Positions 21,538 through 34,931 of a DNA stretch of 64,000 bases are shown one piece after another. Source of the DNA: Auanema rhodensis (lineage: Eukaryota > Animalia > Nematoda); assembly GCA_964057225.1 (NCBI GenBank), contig OZ059894.1, positions 11,718,001-11,782,000 on the forward strand, written 5' to 3'. The translations under genes and the position numbers were made by a program. The notes beneath the pieces were generated by a model. That model was given only the letters and a program-made list of their open reading frames with translations. It was not told where the DNA came from and searched no databases. How positions within the stretch are numbered: the first letter of the stretch is position 1; every line of letters begins with the position of its first letter.

Positions 21538-21723
21538 AATGGGCCGTTCCCGCCAGCAGTGCAAGAGCGGGTCGACCCGTGAGGTGGAGCTAGCAAGCCA
21601 GCATCTACCTCAAGTCTCAAAAATCGGTTAACCTTATTGTGAACCAATGGAACACATATCGAAGGTTAATTCGATAAGAACGATTACTACACTTTGATCT
21701 TAGCCAAAAGGCCGAGAAGCGAT
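21538..21723 (-). ncRNA. U2: U2 snRNA
   Basis: Array copy. Confidence 0.96.
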
Positions 21724-22165
21724 ACAGCATAGCCATGAGTATCAAAGACATCAAGCAAATGTATCGTACTTGTTACGAGTGCACTCTCTCATTTGAATAT
21801 AAAAGTGTGGTTTGACAATCTTGACTGTACAGGTCATAAATGGCTCATATAAACTGTGGATTTACTCAACTTTTGGACTTATTTTTTTCTTATTCGAAGC
21901 GCTGCACTTTTTTCTATTCTTTTTATTCAAATACTTGTATATAGTTTTATATGTACGGTTGCAAAGTTTCCGAATATTTTATATATTTTTATACAATAAT
22001 TAGGAGAAGGTTAATACAATGAAATCTCCCAACTTTACAGTGTTTGTATTGCTTACAGTATCTAGAACAACCACTCTTGTAATATTAGAGCACATATCAA
22101 TCAACAACTTTTTCTAGTTATCAAAGCTTTTTTATTTCTTCAAGATATTTCAAATAAAATATAAA

Positions 22166-22284
22166 AGCTTACGACACCCGGGATTCCCAAGCCGTCTCCG
22201 ATCCAAGTACTAACCGGGCCCAACGTTGCTTGACTTGCCAGATCGGACGGGATGGCGTACTTTCAACGTGGTATGGTCGTAAGC
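22166..22284 (-). rRNA. 5S: 5S rRNA
   Basis: Array copy. Confidence 0.96.
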
Positions 22285-22525
22285 AATGTTATATTCTTCA
22301 TTATCAGTTATATCACTCTAAATCTTGTTGTTAATAGTTAGGACCACAAAGAAAACAACAGGAACAGTAACAAATGAAATGCCCAAACTTTACAGTGTTC
22401 GAGTTATTTACAGTATCTAAGACTACCTCTGTCGTGTTATTAGAGCAAACATTCGATTAACAACAACTTTTTTTTAGTTATCAAAGCTTTTTTATTTCTT
22501 CAAAAAATTTCAAATAAAATATAAA

Positions 22526-22644
22526 AGCTTACGACACCCGGGATTCCCAAGCCGTCTCCGATCCAAGTACTAACCGGGCCCAACGTTGCTTGACTTGCCA
22601 GATCGGACGGGATGGCGTACTTTCAACGTGGTATGGTCGTAAGC
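22526..22644 (-). rRNA. 5S: 5S rRNA
   Basis: Array copy. Confidence 0.96.
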
Positions 22645-22786
22645 AATGTCATATTCTTCATTATCAGTTATATCACTCTAAATCTTGTTGTTAATAGATA
22701 CGACCACAAAGAAAACAACAGGAACAGTAACAATAACAAAAAAAATTTTTTTTTCACCTATGTGTCTAAAGGTTAGCCATGTATCC

Positions 22787-22858
<72 letters not shown>

Positions 22859-24038
22859 ACAGTAAAAAGTCCAATCAAGAGAGAAATTTTTTCAACACAT
22901 AGTTTTTTTTTTTTTAAATATCATTGTTTTTCCTCATAACTCGGTTTAAACTCGTTCTAACCCGTTGAAATACGTCTAGAAAGTCTTTATAACATGCATA
23001 TGTATGATAGAACTTCATATTTATTGTAATAGAAAATTTTATTTTCAGACGTCTTGGTTAACAATGATATGTTTTACCCCCTTATAATTTTTATCATAAT
23101 GTTCCTTATACGGAACGCTCAATGAAACTTGCTTCCAGAAAAATTTCTTTCTATTTTTTCTTCATATGTACGTAGATACTATAGAGAACTATGATAGAAA
23201 ACTTTAACATTCACGAAATCATCATTTCTCATTACGCTACGGAGGTTTAAAAAGCTGTGTTTTACCTTATAATAGACCGGAAAACCCTTGTGTTAAAACT
23301 GGACCGTTTTTACACATATAAAAATGTCCCGTATTCGGGACCCTAATGTAACTTTTGATTCCCTATATTTTTTTTCATGAAATTTACAATCTACTGTAGA
23401 AAGAAGAATTATTTTTATAAAAACTGTAAATTTTTGAAAAATGAAAACAAAACGAAAACAAAAACAACTTTTTTTTGAACATTTTCTCACACAAGGGTCC
23501 CCCCTTACCTACTTTTTTTCTCATTACTCGTTTCAACCTCATCCGATCACTCTGCAAACATGTTTAATCGTTCTAACTTGTTGAAATACGTCTTAAAAGT
23601 CTAAACAACATGCATATGCATAATAGAAACCACCCGAATAGGCCCCCACGCACTAAACGAGATATATACATTACCAGTATAGTAATAGAACACATATTGA
23701 AGATTAATTCGATAAGAACAATTTATTGACGTAGAGAATGTTTGTTCCGAAAAACTACAATATTAAACTATAAAAGTAACAAAAGCGTAGAGGCAGCAAA
23801 GACATGAATAAACATAAATGTAAATACAGAATTACCAGGTAGTACATAAGTATGACAAAAAATTATAAGAAAGCCATGAAAATAGAAGGTTTGTGAACAA
23901 ATGAGAGGTACATCTTTGATCGTATAGTCATTTCTAAACCGTTCGTATGCTGCAGCATCGTCATAAGCGTCACTCAAGTTGAATTTCCATGTGTACTACA
24001 CGATTTTCATTCTTATTGTTACATTCTTTCCCTGAGGG

Positions 24039-24224
24039 AATGGGCCGTTCCCGCCAGCAGTGCAAGAGCGGGTCGACCCGTGAGGTGGAGCTAGCAAGCC
24101 AGCATCTACCTCAAGTCTCAAAAATCGGTTAACCTTATTGTGAACCAATGGAACACATATCGAAGGTTAATTCGATAAGAACGATTACTACACTTTGATC
24201 TTAGCCAAAAGGCCGAGAAGCGAT
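24039..24224 (-). ncRNA. U2: U2 snRNA
   Basis: Array copy. Confidence 0.96.
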
Positions 24225-24666
24225 ACAGCATAGCCATGAGTATCAAAGACATCAAGCAAATGTATCGTACTTGTTACGAGTGCACTCTCTCATTTGAATA
24301 TAAAAGTGTGGTTTGACAATCTTGACTGTACAGGTCATAAATGGCTCATATAAACTGTGGATTTACTCAACTTTTGGACTTATTTTTTTCTTATTCGAAG
24401 CGCTGCACTTTTTTCTATTCTTTTTATTCAAATACTTGTATATAGTTTTATATGTACGGTTGCAAAGTTTCCGAATATTTTATATATTTTTATACAATAA
24501 TTAGGAGAAGGTTAATACAATGAAATCTCCCAACTTTACAGTGTTTGTATTGCTTACAGTATCTAGAACAACCACTCTTGTAATATTAGAGCACATATCA
24601 ATCAACAACTTTTTCTAGTTATCAAAGCTTTTTTATTTCTTCAAGATATTTCAAATAAAATATAAA

Positions 24667-24785
24667 AGCTTACGACACCCGGGATTCCCAAGCCGTCTCC
24701 GATCCAAGTACTAACCGGGCCCAACGTTGCTTGACTTGCCAGATCGGACGGGATGGCGTACTTTCAACGTGGTATGGTCGTAAGC
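24667..24785 (-). rRNA. 5S: 5S rRNA
   Basis: Array copy. Confidence 0.96.
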
Positions 24786-25026
24786 AATGTTATATTCTTC
24801 ATTATCAGTTATATCACTCTAAATCTTGTTGTTAATAGTTAGGACCACAAAGAAAACAACAGGAACAGTAACAAATGAAATGCCCAAACTTTACAGTGTT
24901 CGAGTTATTTACAGTATCTAAGACTACCTCTGTCGTGTTATTAGAGCAAACATTCGATTAACAACAACTTTTTTTTAGTTATCAAAGCTTTTTTATTTCT
25001 TCAAAAAATTTCAAATAAAATATAAA

Positions 25027-25145
25027 AGCTTACGACACCCGGGATTCCCAAGCCGTCTCCGATCCAAGTACTAACCGGGCCCAACGTTGCTTGACTTGCC
25101 AGATCGGACGGGATGGCGTACTTTCAACGTGGTATGGTCGTAAGC
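25027..25145 (-). rRNA. 5S: 5S rRNA
   Basis: Array copy. Confidence 0.96.
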
Positions 25146-25287
25146 AATGTCATATTCTTCATTATCAGTTATATCACTCTAAATCTTGTTGTTAATAGAT
25201 ACGACCACAAAGAAAACAACAGGAACAGTAACAATAACAAAAAAAATTTTTTTTTCACCTATGTGTCTAAAGGTTAGCCATGTATCC

Positions 25288-25345
<58 letters not shown>

Positions 25346-26525
25346 ACAGTAAAAAGTCCAATCAAGAGAGAAATTTTTTCAACACATAGTTGTTTTTTTT
25401 TTAAATATCATTGTTTTTCCTCATAACTCGGTTTAAACTCGTTCTAACCCGTTGAAATACGTCTAGAAAGTCTTTATAACATGCATATGTATGATAGAAC
25501 TTCATATTTATTGTAATAGAAAATTTTATTTTCAGACGTCTTGGTTAACAATGATATGTTTTACCCCCTTATAATTTTTATCATAATGTTCCTTATACGG
25601 AACGCTCAATGAAACTTGCTTCCAGAAAAATTTCTTTCTATTTTTTCTTCATATGTACGTAGATACTATAGAGAACTATGATAGAAAACTTTAACATTCA
25701 CGAAATCATCATTTCTCATTACGCTACGGAGGTTTAAAAAGCTGTGTTTTACCTTATAATAGACCGGAAAACCCTTGTGTTAAAACTGGACCGTTTTTAC
25801 ACATATAAAAATGTCCCGTATTCGGGACCCTAATGTAACTTTTGATTCCCTATATTTTTTTTCATGAAATTTACAATCTACTGTAGAAAGAAGAATTATT
25901 TTTATAAAAACTGTAAATTTTTGAAAAATGAAAACAAAACGAAAACAAAAACAACTTTTTTTTGAACATTTTCTCACACAAGGGTCCCCCCTTACCTACT
26001 TTTTTTCTCATTACTCGTTTCAACCTCATCCGATCACTCTGCAAACATGTTTAATCGTTCTAACTTGTTGAAATACGTCTTAAAAGTCTAAACAACATGC
26101 ATATGCATAATAGAAACCACCCGAATAGGCCCCCACGCACTAAACGAGATATATACATTACCAGTATAGTAATAGAACACATATTGAAGATTAATTCGAT
26201 AAGAACAATTTATTGACGTAGAGAATGTTTGTTCCGAAAAACTACAATATTAAACTATAAAAGTAACAAAAGCGTAGAGGCAGCAAAGACATGAATAAAC
26301 ATAAATGTAAATACAGAATTACCAGGTAGTACATAAGTATGACAAAAAATTATAAGAAAGCCATGAAAATAGAAGGTTTGTGAACAAATGAGAGGTACAT
26401 CTTTGATCGTATAGTCATTTCTAAACCGTTCGTATGCTGCAGCATCGTCATAAGCGTCACTCAAGTTGAATTTCCATGTGTACTACACGATTTTCATTCT
26501 TATTGTTACATTCTTTCCCTGAGGG

Positions 26526-26711
26526 AATGGGCCGTTCCCGCCAGCAGTGCAAGAGCGGGTCGACCCGTGAGGTGGAGCTAGCAAGCCAGCATCTACCTCA
26601 AGTCTCAAAAATCGGTTAACCTTATTGTGAACCAATGGAACACATATCGAAGGTTAATTCGATAAGAACGATTACTACACTTTGATCTTAGCCAAAAGGC
26701 CGAGAAGCGAT
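26526..26711 (-). ncRNA. U2: U2 snRNA
   Basis: Array copy. Confidence 0.96.
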
Positions 26712-27153
26712 ACAGCATAGCCATGAGTATCAAAGACATCAAGCAAATGTATCGTACTTGTTACGAGTGCACTCTCTCATTTGAATATAAAAGTGTGGTT
26801 TGACAATCTTGACTGTACAGGTCATAAATGGCTCATATAAACTGTGGATTTACTCAACTTTTGGACTTATTTTTTTCTTATTCGAAGCGCTGCACTTTTT
26901 TCTATTCTTTTTATTCAAATACTTGTATATAGTTTTATATGTACGGTTGCAAAGTTTCCGAATATTTTATATATTTTTATACAATAATTAGGAGAAGGTT
27001 AATACAATGAAATCTCCCAACTTTACAGTGTTTGTATTGCTTACAGTATCTAGAACAACCACTCTTGTAATATTAGAGCACATATCAATCAACAACTTTT
27101 TCTAGTTATCAAAGCTTTTTTATTTCTTCAAGATATTTCAAATAAAATATAAA

Positions 27154-27272
27154 AGCTTACGACACCCGGGATTCCCAAGCCGTCTCCGATCCAAGTACTA
27201 ACCGGGCCCAACGTTGCTTGACTTGCCAGATCGGACGGGATGGCGTACTTTCAACGTGGTATGGTCGTAAGC
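27154..27272 (-). rRNA. 5S: 5S rRNA
   Basis: Array copy. Confidence 0.96.
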
Positions 27273-27513
27273 AATGTTATATTCTTCATTATCAGTTATA
27301 TCACTCTAAATCTTGTTGTTAATAGTTAGGACCACAAAGAAAACAACAGGAACAGTAACAAATGAAATGCCCAAACTTTACAGTGTTCGAGTTATTTACA
27401 GTATCTAAGACTACCTCTGTCGTGTTATTAGAGCAAACATTCGATTAACAACAACTTTTTTTTAGTTATCAAAGCTTTTTTATTTCTTCAAAAAATTTCA
27501 AATAAAATATAAA

Positions 27514-27632
27514 AGCTTACGACACCCGGGATTCCCAAGCCGTCTCCGATCCAAGTACTAACCGGGCCCAACGTTGCTTGACTTGCCAGATCGGACGGGA
27601 TGGCGTACTTTCAACGTGGTATGGTCGTAAGC
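27514..27632 (-). rRNA. 5S: 5S rRNA
   Basis: Array copy. Confidence 0.96.
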
Positions 27633-28982
27633 AATGTCATATTCTTCATTATCAGTTATATCACTCTAAATCTTGTTGTTAATAGATACGACCACAAAGA
27701 AAACAACAGGAACAGTAACAATAACAAAAAAAATTTTTTTTTCACCTATGTGTCTAAAGGTTAGCCATGTATCCGTTTATATATATATATATATATATAT
27801 CAACAGTAAAAAGTCCAATCAAGAGAGAAATTTTTTCAACACATAGTTGTTTTTTTTTTAAATATCATTGTTTTTCCTCATAACTCGGTTTAAACTCGTT
27901 CTAACCCGTTGAAATACGTCTAGAAAGTCTTTATAACATGCATATGTATGATAGAACTTCATATTTATTGTAATAGAAAATTTTATTTTCAGACGTCTTG
28001 GTTAACAATGATATGTTTTACCCCCTTATAATTTTTATCATAATGTTCCTTATACGGAACGCTCAATGAAACTTGCTTCCAGAAAAATTTCTTTCTATTT
28101 TTTCTTCATATGTACGTAGATACTATAGAGAACTATGATAGAAAACTTTAACATTCACGAAATCATCATTTCTCATTACGCTACGGAGGTTTAAAAAGCT
28201 GTGTTTTACCTTATAATAGACCGGAAAACCCTTGTGTTAAAACTGGACCGTTTTTACACATATAAAAATGTCCCGTATTCGGGACCCTAATGTAACTTTT
28301 GATTCCCTATATTTTTTTTCATGAAATTTACAATCTACTGTAGAAAGAAGAATTATTTTTATAAAAACTGTAAATTTTTGAAAAATGAAAACAAAACGAA
28401 AACAAAAACAACTTTTTTTTGAACATTTTCTCACACAAGGGTCCCCCCTTACCTACTTTTTTTCTCATTACTCGTTTCAACCTCATCCGATCACTCTGCA
28501 AACATGTTTAATCGTTCTAACTTGTTGAAATACGTCTTAAAAGTCTAAACAACATGCATATGCATAATAGAAACCACCCGAATAGGCCCCCACGCACTAA
28601 ACGAGATATATACATTACCAGTATAGTAATAGAACACATATTGAAGATTAATTCGATAAGAACAATTTATTGACGTAGAGAATGTTTGTTCCGAAAAACT
28701 ACAATATTAAACTATAAAAGTAACAAAAGCGTAGAGGCAGCAAAGACATGAATAAACATAAATGTAAATACAGAATTACCAGGTAGTACATAAGTATGAC
28801 AAAAAATTATAAGAAAGCCATGAAAATAGAAGGTTTGTGAACAAATGAGAGGTACATCTTTGATCGTATAGTCATTTCTAAACCGTTCGTATGCTGCAGC
28901 ATCGTCATAAGCGTCACTCAAGTTGAATTTCCATGTGTACTACACGATTTTCATTCTTATTGTTACATTCTTTCCCTGAGGG

Positions 28983-29168
28983 AATGGGCCGTTCCCGCCA
29001 GCAGTGCAAGAGCGGGTCGACCCGTGAGGTGGAGCTAGCAAGCCAGCATCTACCTCAAGTCTCAAAAATCGGTTAACCTTATTGTGAACCAATGGAACAC
29101 ATATCGAAGGTTAATTCGATAAGAACGATTACTACACTTTGATCTTAGCCAAAAGGCCGAGAAGCGAT
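28983..29168 (-). ncRNA. U2: U2 snRNA
   Basis: Array copy. Confidence 0.96.
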
Positions 29169-29610
29169 ACAGCATAGCCATGAGTATCAAAGACATCAAG
29201 CAAATGTATCGTACTTGTTACGAGTGCACTCTCTCATTTGAATATAAAAGTGTGGTTTGACAATCTTGACTGTACAGGTCATAAATGGCTCATATAAACT
29301 GTGGATTTACTCAACTTTTGGACTTATTTTTTTCTTATTCGAAGCGCTGCACTTTTTTCTATTCTTTTTATTCAAATACTTGTATATAGTTTTATATGTA
29401 CGGTTGCAAAGTTTCCGAATATTTTATATATTTTTATACAATAATTAGGAGAAGGTTAATACAATGAAATCTCCCAACTTTACAGTGTTTGTATTGCTTA
29501 CAGTATCTAGAACAACCACTCTTGTAATATTAGAGCACATATCAATCAACAACTTTTTCTAGTTATCAAAGCTTTTTTATTTCTTCAAGATATTTCAAAT
29601 AAAATATAAA

Positions 29611-29729
29611 AGCTTACGACACCCGGGATTCCCAAGCCGTCTCCGATCCAAGTACTAACCGGGCCCAACGTTGCTTGACTTGCCAGATCGGACGGGATGG
29701 CGTACTTTCAACGTGGTATGGTCGTAAGC
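29611..29729 (-). rRNA. 5S: 5S rRNA
   Basis: Array copy. Confidence 0.96.
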
Positions 29730-29970
29730 AATGTTATATTCTTCATTATCAGTTATATCACTCTAAATCTTGTTGTTAATAGTTAGGACCACAAAGAAAA
29801 CAACAGGAACAGTAACAAATGAAATGCCCAAACTTTACAGTGTTCGAGTTATTTACAGTATCTAAGACTACCTCTGTCGTGTTATTAGAGCAAACATTCG
29901 ATTAACAACAACTTTTTTTTAGTTATCAAAGCTTTTTTATTTCTTCAAAAAATTTCAAATAAAATATAAA

Positions 29971-30089
29971 AGCTTACGACACCCGGGATTCCCAAGCCGT
30001 CTCCGATCCAAGTACTAACCGGGCCCAACGTTGCTTGACTTGCCAGATCGGACGGGATGGCGTACTTTCAACGTGGTATGGTCGTAAGC
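29971..30089 (-). rRNA. 5S: 5S rRNA
   Basis: Array copy. Confidence 0.96.
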
Positions 30090-30231
30090 AATGTCATATT
30101 CTTCATTATCAGTTATATCACTCTAAATCTTGTTGTTAATAGATACGACCACAAAGAAAACAACAGGAACAGTAACAATAACAAAAAAAATTTTTTTTTC
30201 ACCTATGTGTCTAAAGGTTAGCCATGTATCC

Positions 30232-30287
<56 letters not shown>

Positions 30288-31467
30288 ACAGTAAAAAGTC
30301 CAATCAAGAGAGAAATTTTTTCAACACATAGTTGTTTTTTTTTTAAATATCATTGTTTTTCCTCATAACTCGGTTTAAACTCGTTCTAACCCGTTGAAAT
30401 ACGTCTAGAAAGTCTTTATAACATGCATATGTATGATAGAACTTCATATTTATTGTAATAGAAAATTTTATTTTCAGACGTCTTGGTTAACAATGATATG
30501 TTTTACCCCCTTATAATTTTTATCATAATGTTCCTTATACGGAACGCTCAATGAAACTTGCTTCCAGAAAAATTTCTTTCTATTTTTTCTTCATATGTAC
30601 GTAGATACTATAGAGAACTATGATAGAAAACTTTAACATTCACGAAATCATCATTTCTCATTACGCTACGGAGGTTTAAAAAGCTGTGTTTTACCTTATA
30701 ATAGACCGGAAAACCCTTGTGTTAAAACTGGACCGTTTTTACACATATAAAAATGTCCCGTATTCGGGACCCTAATGTAACTTTTGATTCCCTATATTTT
30801 TTTTCATGAAATTTACAATCTACTGTAGAAAGAAGAATTATTTTTATAAAAACTGTAAATTTTTGAAAAATGAAAACAAAACGAAAACAAAAACAACTTT
30901 TTTTTGAACATTTTCTCACACAAGGGTCCCCCCTTACCTACTTTTTTTCTCATTACTCGTTTCAACCTCATCCGATCACTCTGCAAACATGTTTAATCGT
31001 TCTAACTTGTTGAAATACGTCTTAAAAGTCTAAACAACATGCATATGCATAATAGAAACCACCCGAATAGGCCCCCACGCACTAAACGAGATATATACAT
31101 TACCAGTATAGTAATAGAACACATATTGAAGATTAATTCGATAAGAACAATTTATTGACGTAGAGAATGTTTGTTCCGAAAAACTACAATATTAAACTAT
31201 AAAAGTAACAAAAGCGTAGAGGCAGCAAAGACATGAATAAACATAAATGTAAATACAGAATTACCAGGTAGTACATAAGTATGACAAAAAATTATAAGAA
31301 AGCCATGAAAATAGAAGGTTTGTGAACAAATGAGAGGTACATCTTTGATCGTATAGTCATTTCTAAACCGTTCGTATGCTGCAGCATCGTCATAAGCGTC
31401 ACTCAAGTTGAATTTCCATGTGTACTACACGATTTTCATTCTTATTGTTACATTCTTTCCCTGAGGG

Positions 31468-31653
31468 AATGGGCCGTTCCCGCCAGCAGTGCAAGAGCGG
31501 GTCGACCCGTGAGGTGGAGCTAGCAAGCCAGCATCTACCTCAAGTCTCAAAAATCGGTTAACCTTATTGTGAACCAATGGAACACATATCGAAGGTTAAT
31601 TCGATAAGAACGATTACTACACTTTGATCTTAGCCAAAAGGCCGAGAAGCGAT
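31468..31653 (-). ncRNA. U2: U2 snRNA
   Basis: Array copy. Confidence 0.96.
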
Positions 31654-32095
31654 ACAGCATAGCCATGAGTATCAAAGACATCAAGCAAATGTATCGTACT
31701 TGTTACGAGTGCACTCTCTCATTTGAATATAAAAGTGTGGTTTGACAATCTTGACTGTACAGGTCATAAATGGCTCATATAAACTGTGGATTTACTCAAC
31801 TTTTGGACTTATTTTTTTCTTATTCGAAGCGCTGCACTTTTTTCTATTCTTTTTATTCAAATACTTGTATATAGTTTTATATGTACGGTTGCAAAGTTTC
31901 CGAATATTTTATATATTTTTATACAATAATTAGGAGAAGGTTAATACAATGAAATCTCCCAACTTTACAGTGTTTGTATTGCTTACAGTATCTAGAACAA
32001 CCACTCTTGTAATATTAGAGCACATATCAATCAACAACTTTTTCTAGTTATCAAAGCTTTTTTATTTCTTCAAGATATTTCAAATAAAATATAAA

Positions 32096-32214
32096 AGCTT
32101 ACGACACCCGGGATTCCCAAGCCGTCTCCGATCCAAGTACTAACCGGGCCCAACGTTGCTTGACTTGCCAGATCGGACGGGATGGCGTACTTTCAACGTG
32201 GTATGGTCGTAAGC
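32096..32214 (-). rRNA. 5S: 5S rRNA
   Basis: Array copy. Confidence 0.96.
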
Positions 32215-32455
32215 AATGTTATATTCTTCATTATCAGTTATATCACTCTAAATCTTGTTGTTAATAGTTAGGACCACAAAGAAAACAACAGGAACAGTAA
32301 CAAATGAAATGCCCAAACTTTACAGTGTTCGAGTTATTTACAGTATCTAAGACTACCTCTGTCGTGTTATTAGAGCAAACATTCGATTAACAACAACTTT
32401 TTTTTAGTTATCAAAGCTTTTTTATTTCTTCAAAAAATTTCAAATAAAATATAAA

Positions 32456-32574
32456 AGCTTACGACACCCGGGATTCCCAAGCCGTCTCCGATCCAAGTAC
32501 TAACCGGGCCCAACGTTGCTTGACTTGCCAGATCGGACGGGATGGCGTACTTTCAACGTGGTATGGTCGTAAGC
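32456..32574 (-). rRNA. 5S: 5S rRNA
   Basis: Array copy. Confidence 0.96.
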
Positions 32575-32716
32575 AATGTCATATTCTTCATTATCAGTTA
32601 TATCACTCTAAATCTTGTTGTTAATAGATACGACCACAAAGAAAACAACAGGAACAGTAACAATAACAAAAAAAATTTTTTTTTCACCTATGTGTCTAAA
32701 GGTTAGCCATGTATCC

Positions 32717-32774
<58 letters not shown>

Positions 32775-33954
32775 ACAGTAAAAAGTCCAATCAAGAGAGA
32801 AATTTTTTCAACACATAGTTGTTTTTTTTTTAAATATCATTGTTTTTCCTCATAACTCGGTTTAAACTCGTTCTAACCCGTTGAAATACGTCTAGAAAGT
32901 CTTTATAACATGCATATGTATGATAGAACTTCATATTTATTGTAATAGAAAATTTTATTTTCAGACGTCTTGGTTAACAATGATATGTTTTACCCCCTTA
33001 TAATTTTTATCATAATGTTCCTTATACGGAACGCTCAATGAAACTTGCTTCCAGAAAAATTTCTTTCTATTTTTTCTTCATATGTACGTAGATACTATAG
33101 AGAACTATGATAGAAAACTTTAACATTCACGAAATCATCATTTCTCATTACGCTACGGAGGTTTAAAAAGCTGTGTTTTACCTTATAATAGACCGGAAAA
33201 CCCTTGTGTTAAAACTGGACCGTTTTTACACATATAAAAATGTCCCGTATTCGGGACCCTAATGTAACTTTTGATTCCCTATATTTTTTTTCATGAAATT
33301 TACAATCTACTGTAGAAAGAAGAATTATTTTTATAAAAACTGTAAATTTTTGAAAAATGAAAACAAAACGAAAACAAAAACAACTTTTTTTTGAACATTT
33401 TCTCACACAAGGGTCCCCCCTTACCTACTTTTTTTCTCATTACTCGTTTCAACCTCATCCGATCACTCTGCAAACATGTTTAATCGTTCTAACTTGTTGA
33501 AATACGTCTTAAAAGTCTAAACAACATGCATATGCATAATAGAAACCACCCGAATAGGCCCCCACGCACTAAACGAGATATATACATTACCAGTATAGTA
33601 ATAGAACACATATTGAAGATTAATTCGATAAGAACAATTTATTGACGTAGAGAATGTTTGTTCCGAAAAACTACAATATTAAACTATAAAAGTAACAAAA
33701 GCGTAGAGGCAGCAAAGACATGAATAAACATAAATGTAAATACAGAATTACCAGGTAGTACATAAGTATGACAAAAAATTATAAGAAAGCCATGAAAATA
33801 GAAGGTTTGTGAACAAATGAGAGGTACATCTTTGATCGTATAGTCATTTCTAAACCGTTCGTATGCTGCAGCATCGTCATAAGCGTCACTCAAGTTGAAT
33901 TTCCATGTGTACTACACGATTTTCATTCTTATTGTTACATTCTTTCCCTGAGGG

Positions 33955-34102
33955 AATGGGCCGTTCCCGCCAGCAGTGCAAGAGCGGGTCGACCCGTGAG
34001 GTGGAGCTAGCAAGCCAGCATCTACCTCAAGTCTCAAAAATCGGTTAACCTTATTGTGAACCAATGGAACACATATCGAAGGTTAATTCGATAAGAACGA
34101 TT
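33955..34102 (-). pseudogene. U2: U2 snRNA 3' part (nt 39-end), interrupted by family A + retrotransposon stack
   Basis: U2 match stops at the junction. Confidence 0.92.
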
Positions 34103-34889
34103 TATTGAAGTAGATAATGTTTGTCCCGGAGGACTACAATATTAAAATAATTACTGAAGCCCGAAGGCAGCGAGAAATAGTAAGGATACTACCTGCACTG
34201 AGTGCGTCGTATCATAAAAAAAGAGATAGCTAATGGGCAAGTTGAAGAGCTTGAAATTAACAATGACGTCACTAGAAGTAAAGTTTTCTATCTGCAGCTG
34301 CGGGTAAAGAGGGTCAGCGTAAGCAGAATTCAATTCTACCAACAATTAGTGGGAACATTGAGAGAACAGATGAAGGAGGAAATTGTAACTTCAAGTAAAA
34401 TAGATTATATCTTCAGCTGCGGGTAAAGAGAGTCAGCTTTGTACAGATTACTAGTTTACATAAGAAGTGGTAACATTTCAAAAAAGGAGCACAACATAAA
34501 AAACGAGACTACGGACTATGAGGTAAATGTTATCATTGTCTGGATCGATGATTCGGCATTTGATTGCAGCTGCGGATTGAGTGGATCAGCTTGCATGGCG
34601 TCCGCATTCGACATCAGGGAAAATGATGAGTTTCTTGAGGTCCGGCTCGGCGGGCTGTTATGTCCTATTCCCTGTTGATGGTGTTGTTGTCCTTGAGCTT
34701 GTTCTTCTTCCCAGAAAAAAAAAACTGTGAAGCTGAAGAGTCCTATTAAACGTCTTTAAACGCAAGATTAATAAGAAGCTACTACAGCTAACACAGGACC
34801 GCCTCAAGGCCTGGTAGATCAACCAGTGTTGCTTCAATCACCAAGTATTGCGGCCTGGGCCCTTGGATCAATTCACAACACCAGTATAG
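34103..34889 (-). mobile_element. Non-autonomous U2-targeting short retroelement, family A, copy 2
   Basis: Appears identical to 18371..19157 by eye, with identical short ORFs in the track and the same junctions. Confidence 0.85.
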
Positions 34890-34931
34890 CAATGGAACAC
34901 ATATCGAAGGTTAATTCGATAAGAACGATTA
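34890..34931 (-). pseudogene. U2: U2 fragment (nt 38-79) between stacked elements
   Basis: caatggaacacatatcgaaggttaattcgataagaacgatta. Confidence 0.9.
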